Positions 22,685 through 32,529 are shown, counted from the first letter of the stretch. The stretch: 64,000 nucleotides of DNA from an uncultured Chthonomonadaceae bacterium (GCA_963835065.1 CAWIEK010000053.1:96001-160000); one strand, 5' to 3'. Notes: generated by a model not told the origin, from the letters alone. Numbers and translations: made by a program.

Positions 22685-23900
22685 GGGCTGCGGCATGGCG
22701 GGCTTCCACGCCGTACCAGTCCATCTGCTCGTTTTCTTCCGCTGCGGGTACGCACCGGACGACGAATTGGGGCGCATTTTGCCAGTCGCGCCCGCTTTCC
22801 TGCTCCAGCTTTTGCATCGTCTTCATATCCGCGCCGTGCCACAACACCTGCCCGTCGAACAAAGCGAGATAGCGGCTGCGGTGCGCCTGCGCCAATCGGT
22901 CCTGCTGGTCGCGGTAGCGTTCCACGCAGACGGCTCCCCGCGTTAATTGCTCGTCCCGCTTCGTCTCGCCCTCATGCGGTTCCACTTTGAACGGTTCGCA
23001 AATGGACTCCGGCGCTGGCCCGATGACTTCGATTTCGTCCGTCTGGTTCGGTCCCAATCCGATTTCCGCCGCCAGTTTGATGGCGTTACGGCGGTAAAAG
23101 TAGGGATGGTTGGGGTAATCGTCTTCAGGGTCGAAGCCCATCACGCGCGCTCCAACGCTGTCGGTCGCCACGCAGTTGGTTCCCGCAAGGATAACGCCGG
23201 GGCGCATCGGGGTTCCGTGCCATTCGCTTTTGTTGGCGGCGACAATGCCGTCTACCACGTTCAGGCAGGGGCGCATCCACGCGGCCATGTCTACGAGAAC
23301 GCGGGGCAGGCGTATCAGGTGGTCGTGCAGATACTGGCGGGGCGACCCGTAAACGGACGTGGGCATCCAGCCGAACAGGTTCTTGATGCACAGCGTACAT
23401 CCCAGGCTGACATGCGCCTTCATTTTCGCCAGCGATACAAAGGCATCCGCTTCAGCCAGTTCGCGCGGCATCTGATACTCGCGAAACATCGCCTGCGGGT
23501 GCGGCATGGACACGCTCACCAATTCACTCTGGTTGAAGTCCACAAGCCGGACATTGGCGTACTTCGCCAGCCGCTCCGGGTAGCCCAACTTGGCGTACAG
23601 GCCGAACGAGTCGCCGTCCGTCGTGCCGTCGCCAATGAGAATAGGCGCGTCCGTCACGTCGCGTATGGCGTGAATGGCCCCTTCCACCACTGCCGGGTCG
23701 GTCAGTTCCGTTTGCTTGCCGTCGGTCAGCGTGATGCGGTGAACGCCCGCATTGATCTTCACGGCAATGCAGTTCGCGTTCCGCAAGCCTTTGCCATAAT
23801 CGCCCAATTGCTGTATCGCCGCCTGCGCCTGCCGTACAACGTCGTCATCCGAAGCCGTAGACGCGCACGAAACCAAACTCACCCGTTCCCGTTCTGCCAT
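22659..23900 (-). CDS. DUF362-family protein with C-terminal DUF5678-like extension
   Basis: VKIN, TDPAVV, SLAKMKAH, TLCIKNLFG, VVDGI, VATDSVGARVMG; C-terminal RYLALFDGQVLWHG. Confidence 0.8.
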   Translation of the reverse strand: MAERERVSLVSCASTASDDDVVRQAQAAIQQLGDYGKGLRNANCIAVKINAGVHRITLTDGKQTELTDPAVVEGAIHAIRDVTDAPILIGDGTTDGDSFGLYAKLGYPERLAKYANVRLVDFNQSELVSVSMPHPQAMFREYQMPRELAEADAFVSLAKMKAHVSLGCTLCIKNLFGWMPTSVYGSPRQYLHDHLIRLPRVLVDMAAWMRPCLNVVDGIVAANKSEWHGTPMRPGVILAGTNCVATDSVGARVMGFDPEDDYPNHPYFYRRNAIKLAAEIGLGPNQTDEIEVIGPAPESICEPFKVEPHEGETKRDEQLTRGAVCVERYRDQQDRLAQAHRSRYLALFDGQVLWHGADMKTMQKLEQESGRDWQNAPQFVVRCVPAAEENEQMDWYGVEARHAAALTSASPAS

Positions 23901-23927
23901 TTTACTTTCTCCTTACCAAACTTAACG

Positions 23928-24413
23928 CTATTCCATGTCCCACTCTTGGGCTTGCTCCGCCAACTCGCGCAACGCCTGACGTTGCTCTTCCCGCTTTCGG
24001 TTTTTATAAAGCATCAGATCCTTAAAGTAAATGCGCCGATGCGTACCGACAGAATGGTACGGGATTTCTTTGTTTTCAACCAGGCGGATAAGGTAAGGAC
24101 GCGATACTCCCAACAAATCAGCGGCCTGTTGGGTCGTTAGTTCCGCAAATATGGGAATGACCGTCACGGCATTCCCATCCGCCATTTCCTTCAGCATCCG
24201 CGTGAACATGCGCAGGGCGCGGACGGGAACGCGCAGAACTTCTGTAGTGCCGTCACCGGCAACAATCTGAATTTGGGCTTCACCTTCGCTGGAAAGATGG
24301 GCTGCAAGTTGACTGCTCGATTCGCGCGCAAGTATCTGATCCTGTTCGCTAGGCGAAGTAAGGTCGTCTCGCTCTTCTAGTTCCAGTGGCATAAGGGTCT
24401 CCTTTGATGACAC
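23928..24413 (-). CDS. excisionase-family HTH DNA-binding protein (antitoxin-like), no PIN partner
   Basis: ELTTQQAADLLGVSRPYLIRL...VGTHRRI. Confidence 0.85.
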   Translation of the reverse strand: MSSKETLMPLELEERDDLTSPSEQDQILARESSSQLAAHLSSEGEAQIQIVAGDGTTEVLRVPVRALRMFTRMLKEMADGNAVTVIPIFAELTTQQAADLLGVSRPYLIRLVENKEIPYHSVGTHRRIYFKDLMLYKNRKREEQRQALRELAEQAQEWDME

Positions 24414-24436
24414 GATTGCGCAACCAAGTCAACCCT

Positions 24437-24466
24437 ATTATGCCACACAAACGAATCAGTTGTCAA
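24437..24466 (-). promoter_or_regulatory. sigma-70 promoter with nearby TTCG repeats (possible operator)
   Basis: TTGACA-18 bp-CATAAT on the minus strand upstream of the HTH gene. Confidence 0.6.
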
Positions 24467-24518
24467 TAATCGAAATATCCGAAACGGCGGAATTGAACAC
24501 CTTTGTGCGTTCGCAAAA

Positions 24519-25079
24519 TTACGCCTCAAACGGCCAGCCGGTGATTTGGGCGAGCAGAGCGCCTAATTGCTCTGCCCAGGCGGTACGGTCTGCTTGTTCA
24601 AAATCAGTCAGAAAATGTTTTTGCCCGCCTTTGTGCAGGGTCAGAGCCGCGCTGACATACACGCTTCGTTGGATCATCTGCATTTGCAGCGTCGCGCCTG
24701 CGTACCGCTTTTTCCAGCGCAGGCCCAGGAGGGTATGCGTAATTTCCAGGCTGTCCGGCCCCGCAGTCCATTCCACTTTGCCGACAGTTTTCAGCAGAAA
24801 TTGCGCCAGCAAATACCCGGCCAGGCCAATCACGAAAATGCCCATCAGCAGCAGGGCGGTACGGTCATTGCGCCGCAAAAACGACAACACCGCTCGCCCG
24901 GAGCCAAGCGCAAGCAAGCCGCCAAACACGACCACGCCAAGCGCCAACTCTTCCACAGCCTTGCGCGTTTGTGGCGGCGGTAATACGATCTGCGTTCTCC
25001 CATCCGGCAGGGGCATAATCATCACGCCGGCTGGGGGCACAACCGGCAGGTTGTCGTCAGAGTCAACATTGGTTTCCAA
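24519..25079 (-). CDS. hypothetical two-TM membrane protein
   Basis: TTG start after a GAGGTG RBS; two hydrophobic helices. Confidence 0.65.
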   Translation of the reverse strand: METNVDSDDNLPVVPPAGVMIMPLPDGRTQIVLPPPQTRKAVEELALGVVVFGGLLALGSGRAVLSFLRRNDRTALLLMGIFVIGLAGYLLAQFLLKTVGKVEWTAGPDSLEITHTLLGLRWKKRYAGATLQMQMIQRSVYVSAALTLHKGGQKHFLTDFEQADRTAWAEQLGALLAQITGWPFEA

Positions 25080-25132
25080 AGAACACCTCGCAAGATTCTC
25101 TGAAGGATTTAGAAAAGACAAAAAGACACAGA

Positions 25133-25405
25133 AAAAAGAGCAAAATAACGCGAAAAAAGGCGAACCTTTTGCTCCACACAATCGTCTAAATAGTAGAATA
25201 CAGTCTACTATTCAAATGTTAGACACCGGAAGGGAGGTGCCAGTCCTATGTTTCACCCCTCCCGTTCGCCCTGACGCCGCTGAGGCCCTGATGCCTCTCT
25301 CCTACAACCAGACACAACGAGACATCGGGCTGGAAGCGCTGTATTGCCAAGATTTCGACGATGACTCTACATATCTTTTTTCTACCTGCCGCTTTCCCAA
25401 CGCTT
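25133..25405 (+). ncRNA. duplicated unit, copy 1: ECF-type promoter, SD, 8-codon ORF (25248-25274, MFHPSRSP) and structured RNA
   Basis: High similarity to 48026-48350 (minus strand). GAACC-16 bp-CGTCTA; GGGAGGTG; covarying stem. Confidence 0.6.
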
Positions 25406-25499
25406 CCAAGATTTCCCGTTAGCAAAGGTTGAGTTCCCCGCTGGTTCGAAAACTTAAAGATTTACAAACCCTGAGAGCCTGTCCCAACAGGCGCGGCAT

Positions 25500-25551
25500 T
25501 TGCGTCCGCAGGACGCTTGTACTTTCCTGCCGGGGATTTTCAACCCCCGGC
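25500..25551. repeat. REP-like palindrome (GCCGGGGATTTTCAA.CCCCGGC family)
   Basis: Copies also at about 31665-31690, 44320-44342 and 44389-44479; often paired with GCGTCCG.AGGACGC. Confidence 0.75.
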
Positions 25552-25562
25552 CTGAGATAGAT

Positions 25563-26342
25563 TTACAAACCCTGAGCGCCCTCCGTATTTGTGTAGGGCA
25601 TGAGGAAGCGTATCGCCTCCTGAATGTGTTCGTCCCAATACTCCCAGGTATGCGCGCCGGGAAATTCGTGGTACTCGTGGGCAAATCCCAATTGATTGAG
25701 ATGCGCGTGGAAGGCGCGGTTGGATTCGATGAGAAAATCATCCACGCCGCAGTCAATGCGCAGGCCGGGGCGTTGCGCAGGGGCAAGTTTGGCGGCAAGC
25801 GCGAACAGGTCATGCGGCCCGCCCACCGGGTTTTCCCCGACAATCCGCGCAAACTCCCGATTAAACCCCGGCCTGATTTCCTCCCCGGAAATGGGAAGCG
25901 GAAAATTGCCGAAACTCATGGCTCCCGAATGGCTGACCGCCGCGCAGAACAGATCGGGATATTTCAGGGCGAACTTGGCCGCGCCGTACCCGCCCATAGA
26001 AAGCCCCGCCACCACGCGCCCGGTTCGCTCCGCCCGCGTCTGAAACATCGCGTCCACATAGCCGACCAAATCTTTTACAATGGCCGACTCCCACGCCATG
26101 CCCTGCTCCGCGTCGCTGTAGAACCCCCTGCCGCCGTCCGGCATCACCACAATCAGGGGCAGGCCGGCGACATAGCGCTCGATGCTTGTCCGGCGCTGCC
26201 AGACCGTATTATCATCCGACAGGCCGTGCAGCAGGTACAAAACCGGAAACGGCCCCTGCGTGTGCTGTTCCGGCAGCAGAATATCGGCAGCCGTCGCTTT
26301 TTGCAGCGCGTTGCTGTAAAATTTCAGTTCACAAAATGCCAT
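25563..26342 (-). CDS. alpha/beta-hydrolase esterase (putative esterase family)
   Basis: LYLLHGLSD, GLSMGGYGA, DCGVDDFL, GAHTWEYW. Confidence 0.9.
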   Translation of the reverse strand: MAFCELKFYSNALQKATAADILLPEQHTQGPFPVLYLLHGLSDDNTVWQRRTSIERYVAGLPLIVVMPDGGRGFYSDAEQGMAWESAIVKDLVGYVDAMFQTRAERTGRVVAGLSMGGYGAAKFALKYPDLFCAAVSHSGAMSFGNFPLPISGEEIRPGFNREFARIVGENPVGGPHDLFALAAKLAPAQRPGLRIDCGVDDFLIESNRAFHAHLNQLGFAHEYHEFPGAHTWEYWDEHIQEAIRFLMPYTNTEGAQGL

Positions 26343-26508
26343 GAGGTTAAATTTTCCTTTGCTCTGTGCAGTGTCGTACCAACATTGCGCTCGCGCAAAC
26401 CATGCGTAAACGCGCTATGTCCGCGCAGGCGGACATTAGGCCGCAGGCTCTACAGCAAAGCAATGCATTTCGTTGCTTCCTGCCGCTGCTGCGAAATAGG
26501 CTGGCGTT

Positions 26509-26955
26509 TCAGGGCACAAGGGGGGGCAGGGCTTTGTCTTCCGTCCATCGCTGCTGCAGCGCCACCATAATGCACGGCCCGCCCGACACGACCTGCATGG
26601 AACTGGCGCGCGCCATATTGAACGCCGCCGTAGACTCGCTGCCCGGCTGCATCCAGACATAGGGAACCTTTAAGTGCGCCGCGCTGCGGATGGTTTCTTC
26701 CGTCACTTCGGGCGGCGTCACCGTCACCACGCAGTCAATGGGTTCGGGGATGTTGTCCAGTGAGGGGTAGCACGGTTCGCCGTCAATGGCATCCGTGTTG
26801 GGGTTGACGGCATAGACCGTATACCCGTACTGCTGGGGGGCGTTTTGCAGGGCTTTGAAAACTTTGTAGCCGTACTTGTTCGGGTCGCGGGACACGCCGG
26901 TAACGGCAAACCGCTTTTGATCCAAAATGTGTTCCATCAGAGCGCGCGTAGACAT
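26509..26955 (-). CDS. CoA-binding protein
   Basis: AVTGVSRDPNKYG, YAVNP, VWMQPGSES, GPCIMV. Confidence 0.88.
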   Translation of the reverse strand: MSTRALMEHILDQKRFAVTGVSRDPNKYGYKVFKALQNAPQQYGYTVYAVNPNTDAIDGEPCYPSLDNIPEPIDCVVTVTPPEVTEETIRSAAHLKVPYVWMQPGSESTAAFNMARASSMQVVSGGPCIMVALQQRWTEDKALPPLVP

Positions 26956-27162
26956 AAACAGCCTTTTCTTTCCGCATCCTTATTAAAGCGCTAAATTAAA
27001 GCGCTAAGGCGCGTTGGAGATTGGTTAAAACCTGAGTTTAGTAGGTAGGCATTAGGCATTAGGCATTAGAACAACCCTTGTTCTCTCTTGCTGCACAGCA
27101 AAAGGTACGCAAAGCAGTTCCTAATGCCTGATGCCTAACGCCTAATGCCTGATGCCTGATGC

Positions 27163-29250
27163 CTACTTGTTATTCACCGTGACGCCCGGCCAGGTATCGG
27201 TGCGGAAGGGGGATGCGGGCAGGCCGGCTTTGTTATACAGGTTGGCAACCGGGTTGATGTGCCAGGCGTAGCGGACGGCAACCGGATTGGAAACCTGCGC
27301 GGACGAAACGACGATGCTGTCGCCCTCGATTTTGGCGTCCGCCCACGCGAACTTGTGATCCTCGCCCGCGATGGCAAAGCCTTTGAGCGGTTCGCCGTTC
27401 GGGGTTGTCAGGCCACCACTGTGCGCGAATGTCAGGCGAATACGATTGCCTTCCACCTTCATAGACTTGTACTCCGGGCCGGAATACTCGATCTTTTCGC
27501 CGTATGTTTTCGCAAGGGCGACCAGGGCGAGGCGCTTGCCCACGTCCTGCTTGTTTTTGGGGTGGATGTCGCCCGCGTCGCCGATGTCCGTTGTGACCGC
27601 AATGCCCGCGTTCGGCAAATGCTGCGCCGTCATAGATTGGGCTTCGCGCAGTTCCGCCCACGCATCCTCAACCGGGTTGGGATTGGGCTGCTGCCAGTTC
27701 GCCAGTTGCACGATATAAAACGGGAAATCGCCTTCCTTCCAGCGGCTCCTCCAATCCGTAATCATCGCCGGCAGCAGGGTACGGTACTGGTACGCCTTGC
27801 CCGCGTTGGACTCGCCCTGATACCAGATGGCTCCCTTAATGCCCAGGGGGATGAGGGGCGCAATCATGCCGTTGTACAGCACGGTGGGGGCGTTGGGATT
27901 GTTATCAATGGGAGTCGGGAGCGGCTTGGCTTTGGGCAAGGGTACGCCCACTTTGTATTTCCACGCGCCCGTCAGGGGGATTTTGCGCCCGTCCGTCACT
28001 TCCAGGTACATCTGTTCCGGCTTGCCCGTGAAGCCCCCCGCCCCGCCCGTGTCCAGCACTCGCACGGCGATCTCGTTTTTGCCTGCATGCAGCGCGCCGA
28101 GCGGAAGCGTATAGGTCCGTTCTGCCGTCGCCGCGTCTGTGGCTCCCACCAGCCTGCCGTTGACCCATGTGGTATCGCGGTAATCAATAATTCCCAGGTG
28201 CAGAATGCACTGGCGGCTTTCCTCCCCCTCCGCCAGTTCAAATGTGCGCCGATACCACATCACGCCGTCAAAATTCGCCAGTTCGGGAACGCCGGATTGC
28301 TCCCACGCGCCGGGCAGGTTCATCGTCTGCCAGTTCGCGTCGCTGAAATCCATACCGTTCCAGATTTGCGCCGTGCCAGGATCGTTGGCAATGTACCAGT
28401 CGGTCATCATCGCCAGGTAGGGGCGTTCGCCCCGCGCCATGCGCGTCCGCACTTCCGCCATCCGTTCCACCGCCGGGGCATACTCCGGCACTTTCTGCGC
28501 CAGGGCTTCCCCGCTCGTCCACGCTTCCGCCGGGGTTCCGCCCCACGAGGTATGAATCAGGCCGATAGGCACTTTCAGGTTCTCATACAGATCGCGGCCA
28601 AAGAAATAGCCGACAGCCGAAAAGCCGTTCCAGCCGCCTGCCCGCACCGTTTGCGGGGTACACACGTCCCACTTGCCCGTGGGAACGGCGCGGGGTTCCA
28701 TAGCAATGTCCTTCGTCACCGTGAACAGGCGGATTTGCGGGTAATTGGCGTTTGCCACTTCCTGCGCGGCGTTGTTGACGTTGCCGATGCCCATTTCCAT
28801 ATTGGACTGCCCGGAGCAGACCCACACGTCGCCCATGAGAATGTTGCTCAGTGTCACGGTTTGCGGGCCGGTTATGCTCAGGGTGTACGGCCCGCCGGCG
28901 GGCAGGGGCGGCAGTTTCGCCGTCCATTTGCCGCTGGCGTCCGCTTTGGTTTTGGCTTCGTGGTCGCCAAGCTGCACGGTCACGGCCTGCCCCGTTGTCG
29001 CCCAACCCCAAATCAAAATGGGACGGTCGCGCTGCAGCACCATGTTGTCGCTGAACAGGGGGCTGAGGAAGGGCAGGTTGGCAGGAGCGGCAATGGCGCT
29101 GTTGGGCGCGGCAGCCGTCAGCCCAAGCGTGGCAGCGCCCGTCAGAAAGGGTGCAACGCCCATTGCCAGCGCCAGCCGCAGCAGGGAAGTTCCCGGTTTA
29201 CGGCAAGCGCGAAACGTTGTGGTTTTGCTGGATTGCATCGTGTTCAGCAT
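27163..29250 (-). CDS. sialate/9-O-acetylesterase (SASA domain with inserted sugar-binding domain), secreted
   Basis: LFSDNMVLQR, GDVWVCSGQSNM, WYQGESNA, DIHPKNKQDVG, VRYAW. Confidence 0.92.
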   Translation of the reverse strand: MLNTMQSSKTTTFRACRKPGTSLLRLALAMGVAPFLTGAATLGLTAAAPNSAIAAPANLPFLSPLFSDNMVLQRDRPILIWGWATTGQAVTVQLGDHEAKTKADASGKWTAKLPPLPAGGPYTLSITGPQTVTLSNILMGDVWVCSGQSNMEMGIGNVNNAAQEVANANYPQIRLFTVTKDIAMEPRAVPTGKWDVCTPQTVRAGGWNGFSAVGYFFGRDLYENLKVPIGLIHTSWGGTPAEAWTSGEALAQKVPEYAPAVERMAEVRTRMARGERPYLAMMTDWYIANDPGTAQIWNGMDFSDANWQTMNLPGAWEQSGVPELANFDGVMWYRRTFELAEGEESRQCILHLGIIDYRDTTWVNGRLVGATDAATAERTYTLPLGALHAGKNEIAVRVLDTGGAGGFTGKPEQMYLEVTDGRKIPLTGAWKYKVGVPLPKAKPLPTPIDNNPNAPTVLYNGMIAPLIPLGIKGAIWYQGESNAGKAYQYRTLLPAMITDWRSRWKEGDFPFYIVQLANWQQPNPNPVEDAWAELREAQSMTAQHLPNAGIAVTTDIGDAGDIHPKNKQDVGKRLALVALAKTYGEKIEYSGPEYKSMKVEGNRIRLTFAHSGGLTTPNGEPLKGFAIAGEDHKFAWADAKIEGDSIVVSSAQVSNPVAVRYAWHINPVANLYNKAGLPASPFRTDTWPGVTVNNK

Positions 29251-29506
29251 TAAATCTCCTTGTATTCTGAATAGCTATTTTGAATAGCGGCGGCAAGGCT
29301 CTGTTGGAGCGCGCCGGAAAGGTGTTCAGCATAGCCTAAAGTCCGTATTGCGGGTAGAATTAGTTTCACTTCCGCAACGTCAATTTCCTCTTTAGGGTTT
29401 CAACGTCGTTTCCAATTTAAAGCAGTCTCCTGAGCCGGGATTTTTCAATTCTCAGCGCGGAATGGCGCTTGTGACGTAGTTCACACAATAAATGTGGCGC
29501 ATGGTA

Positions 29507-29535
29507 TTGCAAAATACAAGCGAATATGCTATGTT
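29507..29535 (+). promoter_or_regulatory. probable sigma-70 promoter of the PLD gene
   Basis: TTGCAA-17 bp-TATGTT with extended TG. Confidence 0.45.
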
Positions 29536-29613
29536 CCTTTAGATTATAGCGCGGTGAAAATACCGCGGTGATGCGCGCGCCACGCTAACAAGGCGAGTAT
29601 AAAGGAGAGGGAC

Positions 29614-31513
29614 ATGAGCTTATTTATCCGCGTTTTTCACAACAGCGACCATGCCTGCGTCGTGTGGGGGCCGGACGATCCCCGCGAGGCTTTGCCCGGC
29701 TGTCTGGGTTTCGCGATCCGGCGGCGCAAAGTGGGAGATACCAGTGAGGGAGAAGCGCTGCACAACTTCACCAGCTTCGATCTGGACAATCAGAAGCCGG
29801 GAACGTCGGCGGAAAGCACGGTCTGGCCCGTGCAGCGCTTCAACTGGTGGGACTACGCGCCCAACAGCCAGGACGCGACGGTGGCCTTCGAATATAAAAT
29901 CGTTCCTCTGACCAAAGGGGAAGCGGGGTTTGCGTACGGCGAGAAGCCCCTGCCGACAATGACTAACCTGGCAACGGAATGGAAGGGGCCGCTCAATGTC
30001 AGCCAGGATTGCGGCGACGGCATTTCATGCTACTTCAATCGGGGCATTGTCGCGGCGGAGTGGGTGTCCCGCGCCCTGAAAGCCAAAGAAACGCCCGGTG
30101 AAGCGCCGGGCAAAGCGCTGGCAGAGGCGATCAAAACGCCGGGGGATAAACTGCGCGACGAACTGGGCGGCGTCCTGAAAACCAAACTGCTTGATGTGCT
30201 GAAAGACGTAGATGCGAATGGCGGCACGATTTTCGCCGCGCTGTACGAACTCAACGACCCGGAACTGATGGCGGCCATTCTCAAGTTGGGCATGAAGGCC
30301 AACATCATTCTTGCCAACGGCGCGTTTTCCAAAGAAAAGCCGGACGAGAACAAGGAAGCGCGGGAAGCCCTGCGCGGCAAAGTGAACCTCTTTGACCGCA
30401 TGGTGTCGCAGGGGCATTTCGCGCATAACAAGTTCATGGTTATCTGTGACGCCAAAGGCAAGCCGCAAAGCGTGTGGACGGGCAGCACCAACTGGTCGGT
30501 GACGGGGCTATGCACCCAGGCCAACAACGGCATCCTGCTGCAAGACCCGGCGGTGGCGAATGCGTTTGTGGAGCAGTGGCAGCGCCTGCACGAGGCAGGC
30601 AACGGTTTCCCGGACGCGCTGAAAAGCGCGAACTCGCAGCAAAAGCAGTTTCTCATGGGCGGCAAGGAAGTGAAACGGCAAAACGCAGGGCGGCAGCCTG
30701 GTCACGCCCTGGTTCGTGCCCACGCTGCATCAGGAGGACTTGCAGCACGCGCGCCGCTTGATTAACGGGGCGCAGGACGGCATTCTGTTTCTGATGTTCG
30801 AGCCGGGCAGCTTCGAGGCCGAGCCGGCCAAGTGGACGCTGCTGCAATCCATTCTGAATCGGCATCAGCCCGCGCCCAATCCGTACCTTAACCTCAGCCT
30901 GTATATTCGCGGCGTGGTCAACCAGGATGTGCCGAGCCTGACGGAAGAACCCAAAGTGACGAAGCCAACGGATGCGGCGGCGGCAGGCCAGGCGGGCGAC
31001 GGAACCGCAGCGGAAGCAACCCACCGCGCCATGGGGCATGAACTCGATCCGTCCGCGCCCACGCATACCACCACGCTGTTCAGTTCCGGCAATGCGTCTC
31101 CCGTCCGCACTACCGATGATGTGCTGACGCCCAAAGCCATTAAAGCAGGCTTCGGCCCCTGGGTTCCCGAACTGCTTAATCAGGGCGTGAAGATACACAG
31201 CAAGATGATCGTGATTGATCCATTCGGCGAGCATCCCGTCGTGATGACCGGCTCGCACAACATGGGCTACAAGGCCAGCACGATGAACGACGACAACCTG
31301 GTTATCATCGAAAACAACCCGGCGCTGGCGCAGGCGTATGCGGCCAGCGTGATCGCCGTGTACAACCAGTATCGCACCAACCTGCTGGCGGGACAGCCGG
31401 GCGCGGCGACAGGCTTCGCGCTGAAGAAGGATGACAGTTGGCAAAAGAACCACTTCGTCAATCCCGATCTGGAAGAACTGAACTTCTGGCTGAAGGTGAC
31501 GAAGGAGGTGTAG
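29614..31513 (+). CDS. phospholipase D-superfamily protein with two HKD-like domains; frameshift near 30680
   Basis: HNKFMVICD...WTGSTNW and HSKMIVID...TGSHN. RBS AAGGAG. Confidence 0.85.
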
Positions 31514-31713
31514 GGGGTTAGGCAGTAGGCAGTAGATATTAGATATTAGATGGGAACCCGTATACTGCGCTGAATATCTTAATTTATAATCTGATGCCTA
31601 ATGCCTACTTGAAGAAAGGCCATCTCGTAGAGCGAGATGGTCCTTTTTATGCTTTACTTAGAAGTGCCGGGGGTTGAAAATCCCCGGCATATAAACTATT
31701 TTCGCCATGCCTT

Positions 31714-31740
31714 GAACCCTTTCTGCGCGCAATGGCTCCA
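31714..31740 (+). promoter_or_regulatory. possible autoregulatory ECF promoter
   Basis: GAACC-16 bp-GCTCCA upstream of the ECF sigma gene. Confidence 0.4.
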
Positions 31741-31794
31741 TACTAACAGACACGAAATCCATTTATTGGAAATGCTCTTCGAGGACGGCTATTT

Positions 31795-32529
31795 ATGCCC
31801 TGGAACCCGTTTGAAGCGGTTTGTATGCACAAAAACGCGCGCAAGAAAAACGCGCCTGACCGTGCCTGGGTGCGCCTGCTGTTGAGTAATGACAGGGACG
31901 CCGGGGAACGCTTTGTGACCGCGTATTACCCGCGCATCGAACGGATGCTGCGCTATCTCACGTCGAGCGCCGACATAGCGCATGACCTGACGCAGCAAAC
32001 GTTTGTCAAGGCGTGGCAGGCGCTGCCCGGCTTCCGCAACGAGTCGGGATTGGGAACGTGGCTGCACCGCATCGCTTATCACGAATACACCCACTGGCTG
32101 CGCAGCCGCCGGGATCACGCGCCCCTGGAAGCCGCCGAACATATCCCCGGCCCCTCCATTGATAATGATTGGGGCATGGCGCTGCTTCCCAACGCGCTGG
32201 CGCAGTTGACCGATGATCTGCGCGAAACGTTTCTGCTGCATTATGTACAGGAGTTGTCGGTGCAGGAAGTGGCGGACGTGCTGGCCGTGCCGAAGGGAAC
32301 CGTGAAGTCGCGCTTGTTTACGGCGCGGGCCAAATTGCGCGAGATTTTGCAGGCCGCGGAGCAGGAAGCGCAGGCGCAAATGGCAGAAACGCCACGCTAC
32401 GAAATCCCCGCGCAGTACCGCGTTCAGCCCAACTCCATTCCACAGAAAGCAAGCGATAAGGAAGCGCCAAATCAAATTTTGAACGCGCCCCCCGCGCCGC
32501 CGGAAGTCACGCCGCTCCTGAATACCTGA
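31795..32529 (+). CDS. ECF-type RNA polymerase sigma-70 factor
   Basis: AHDLTQQTFVKAW, TWLHRIA, LSVQEVADVLAVPKGTVKSRLFTAR. Confidence 0.92.
   Translation: MPWNPFEAVCMHKNARKKNAPDRAWVRLLLSNDRDAGERFVTAYYPRIERMLRYLTSSADIAHDLTQQTFVKAWQALPGFRNESGLGTWLHRIAYHEYTHWLRSRRDHAPLEAAEHIPGPSIDNDWGMALLPNALAQLTDDLRETFLLHYVQELSVQEVADVLAVPKGTVKSRLFTARAKLREILQAAEQEAQAQMAETPRYEIPAQYRVQPNSIPQKASDKEAPNQILNAPPAPPEVTPLLNT

Noticed and set aside
23928..24413. Excisionase as evidence of a prophage or ICE
   Set aside because: There is no integrase, att site or phage gene nearby, and the family is typically TA-associated.
25248..25370. Selenocysteine read-through of the micro-ORF TGA
   Set aside because: Copy 1 has further in-frame TGAs that are not conserved in copy 2, so there is no consistent extended protein.
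24460..25422. 320-aa plus-strand ORF, and the shared peptide PLSYNQTQRD.GLEAL.CQDFD also seen in ORF 47715-48155
   Set aside because: The ORF is mostly antisense to a real gene. Differences between the two copies are non-synonymous in this frame and copy 2 lacks the ATG, so the conservation is at RNA level.
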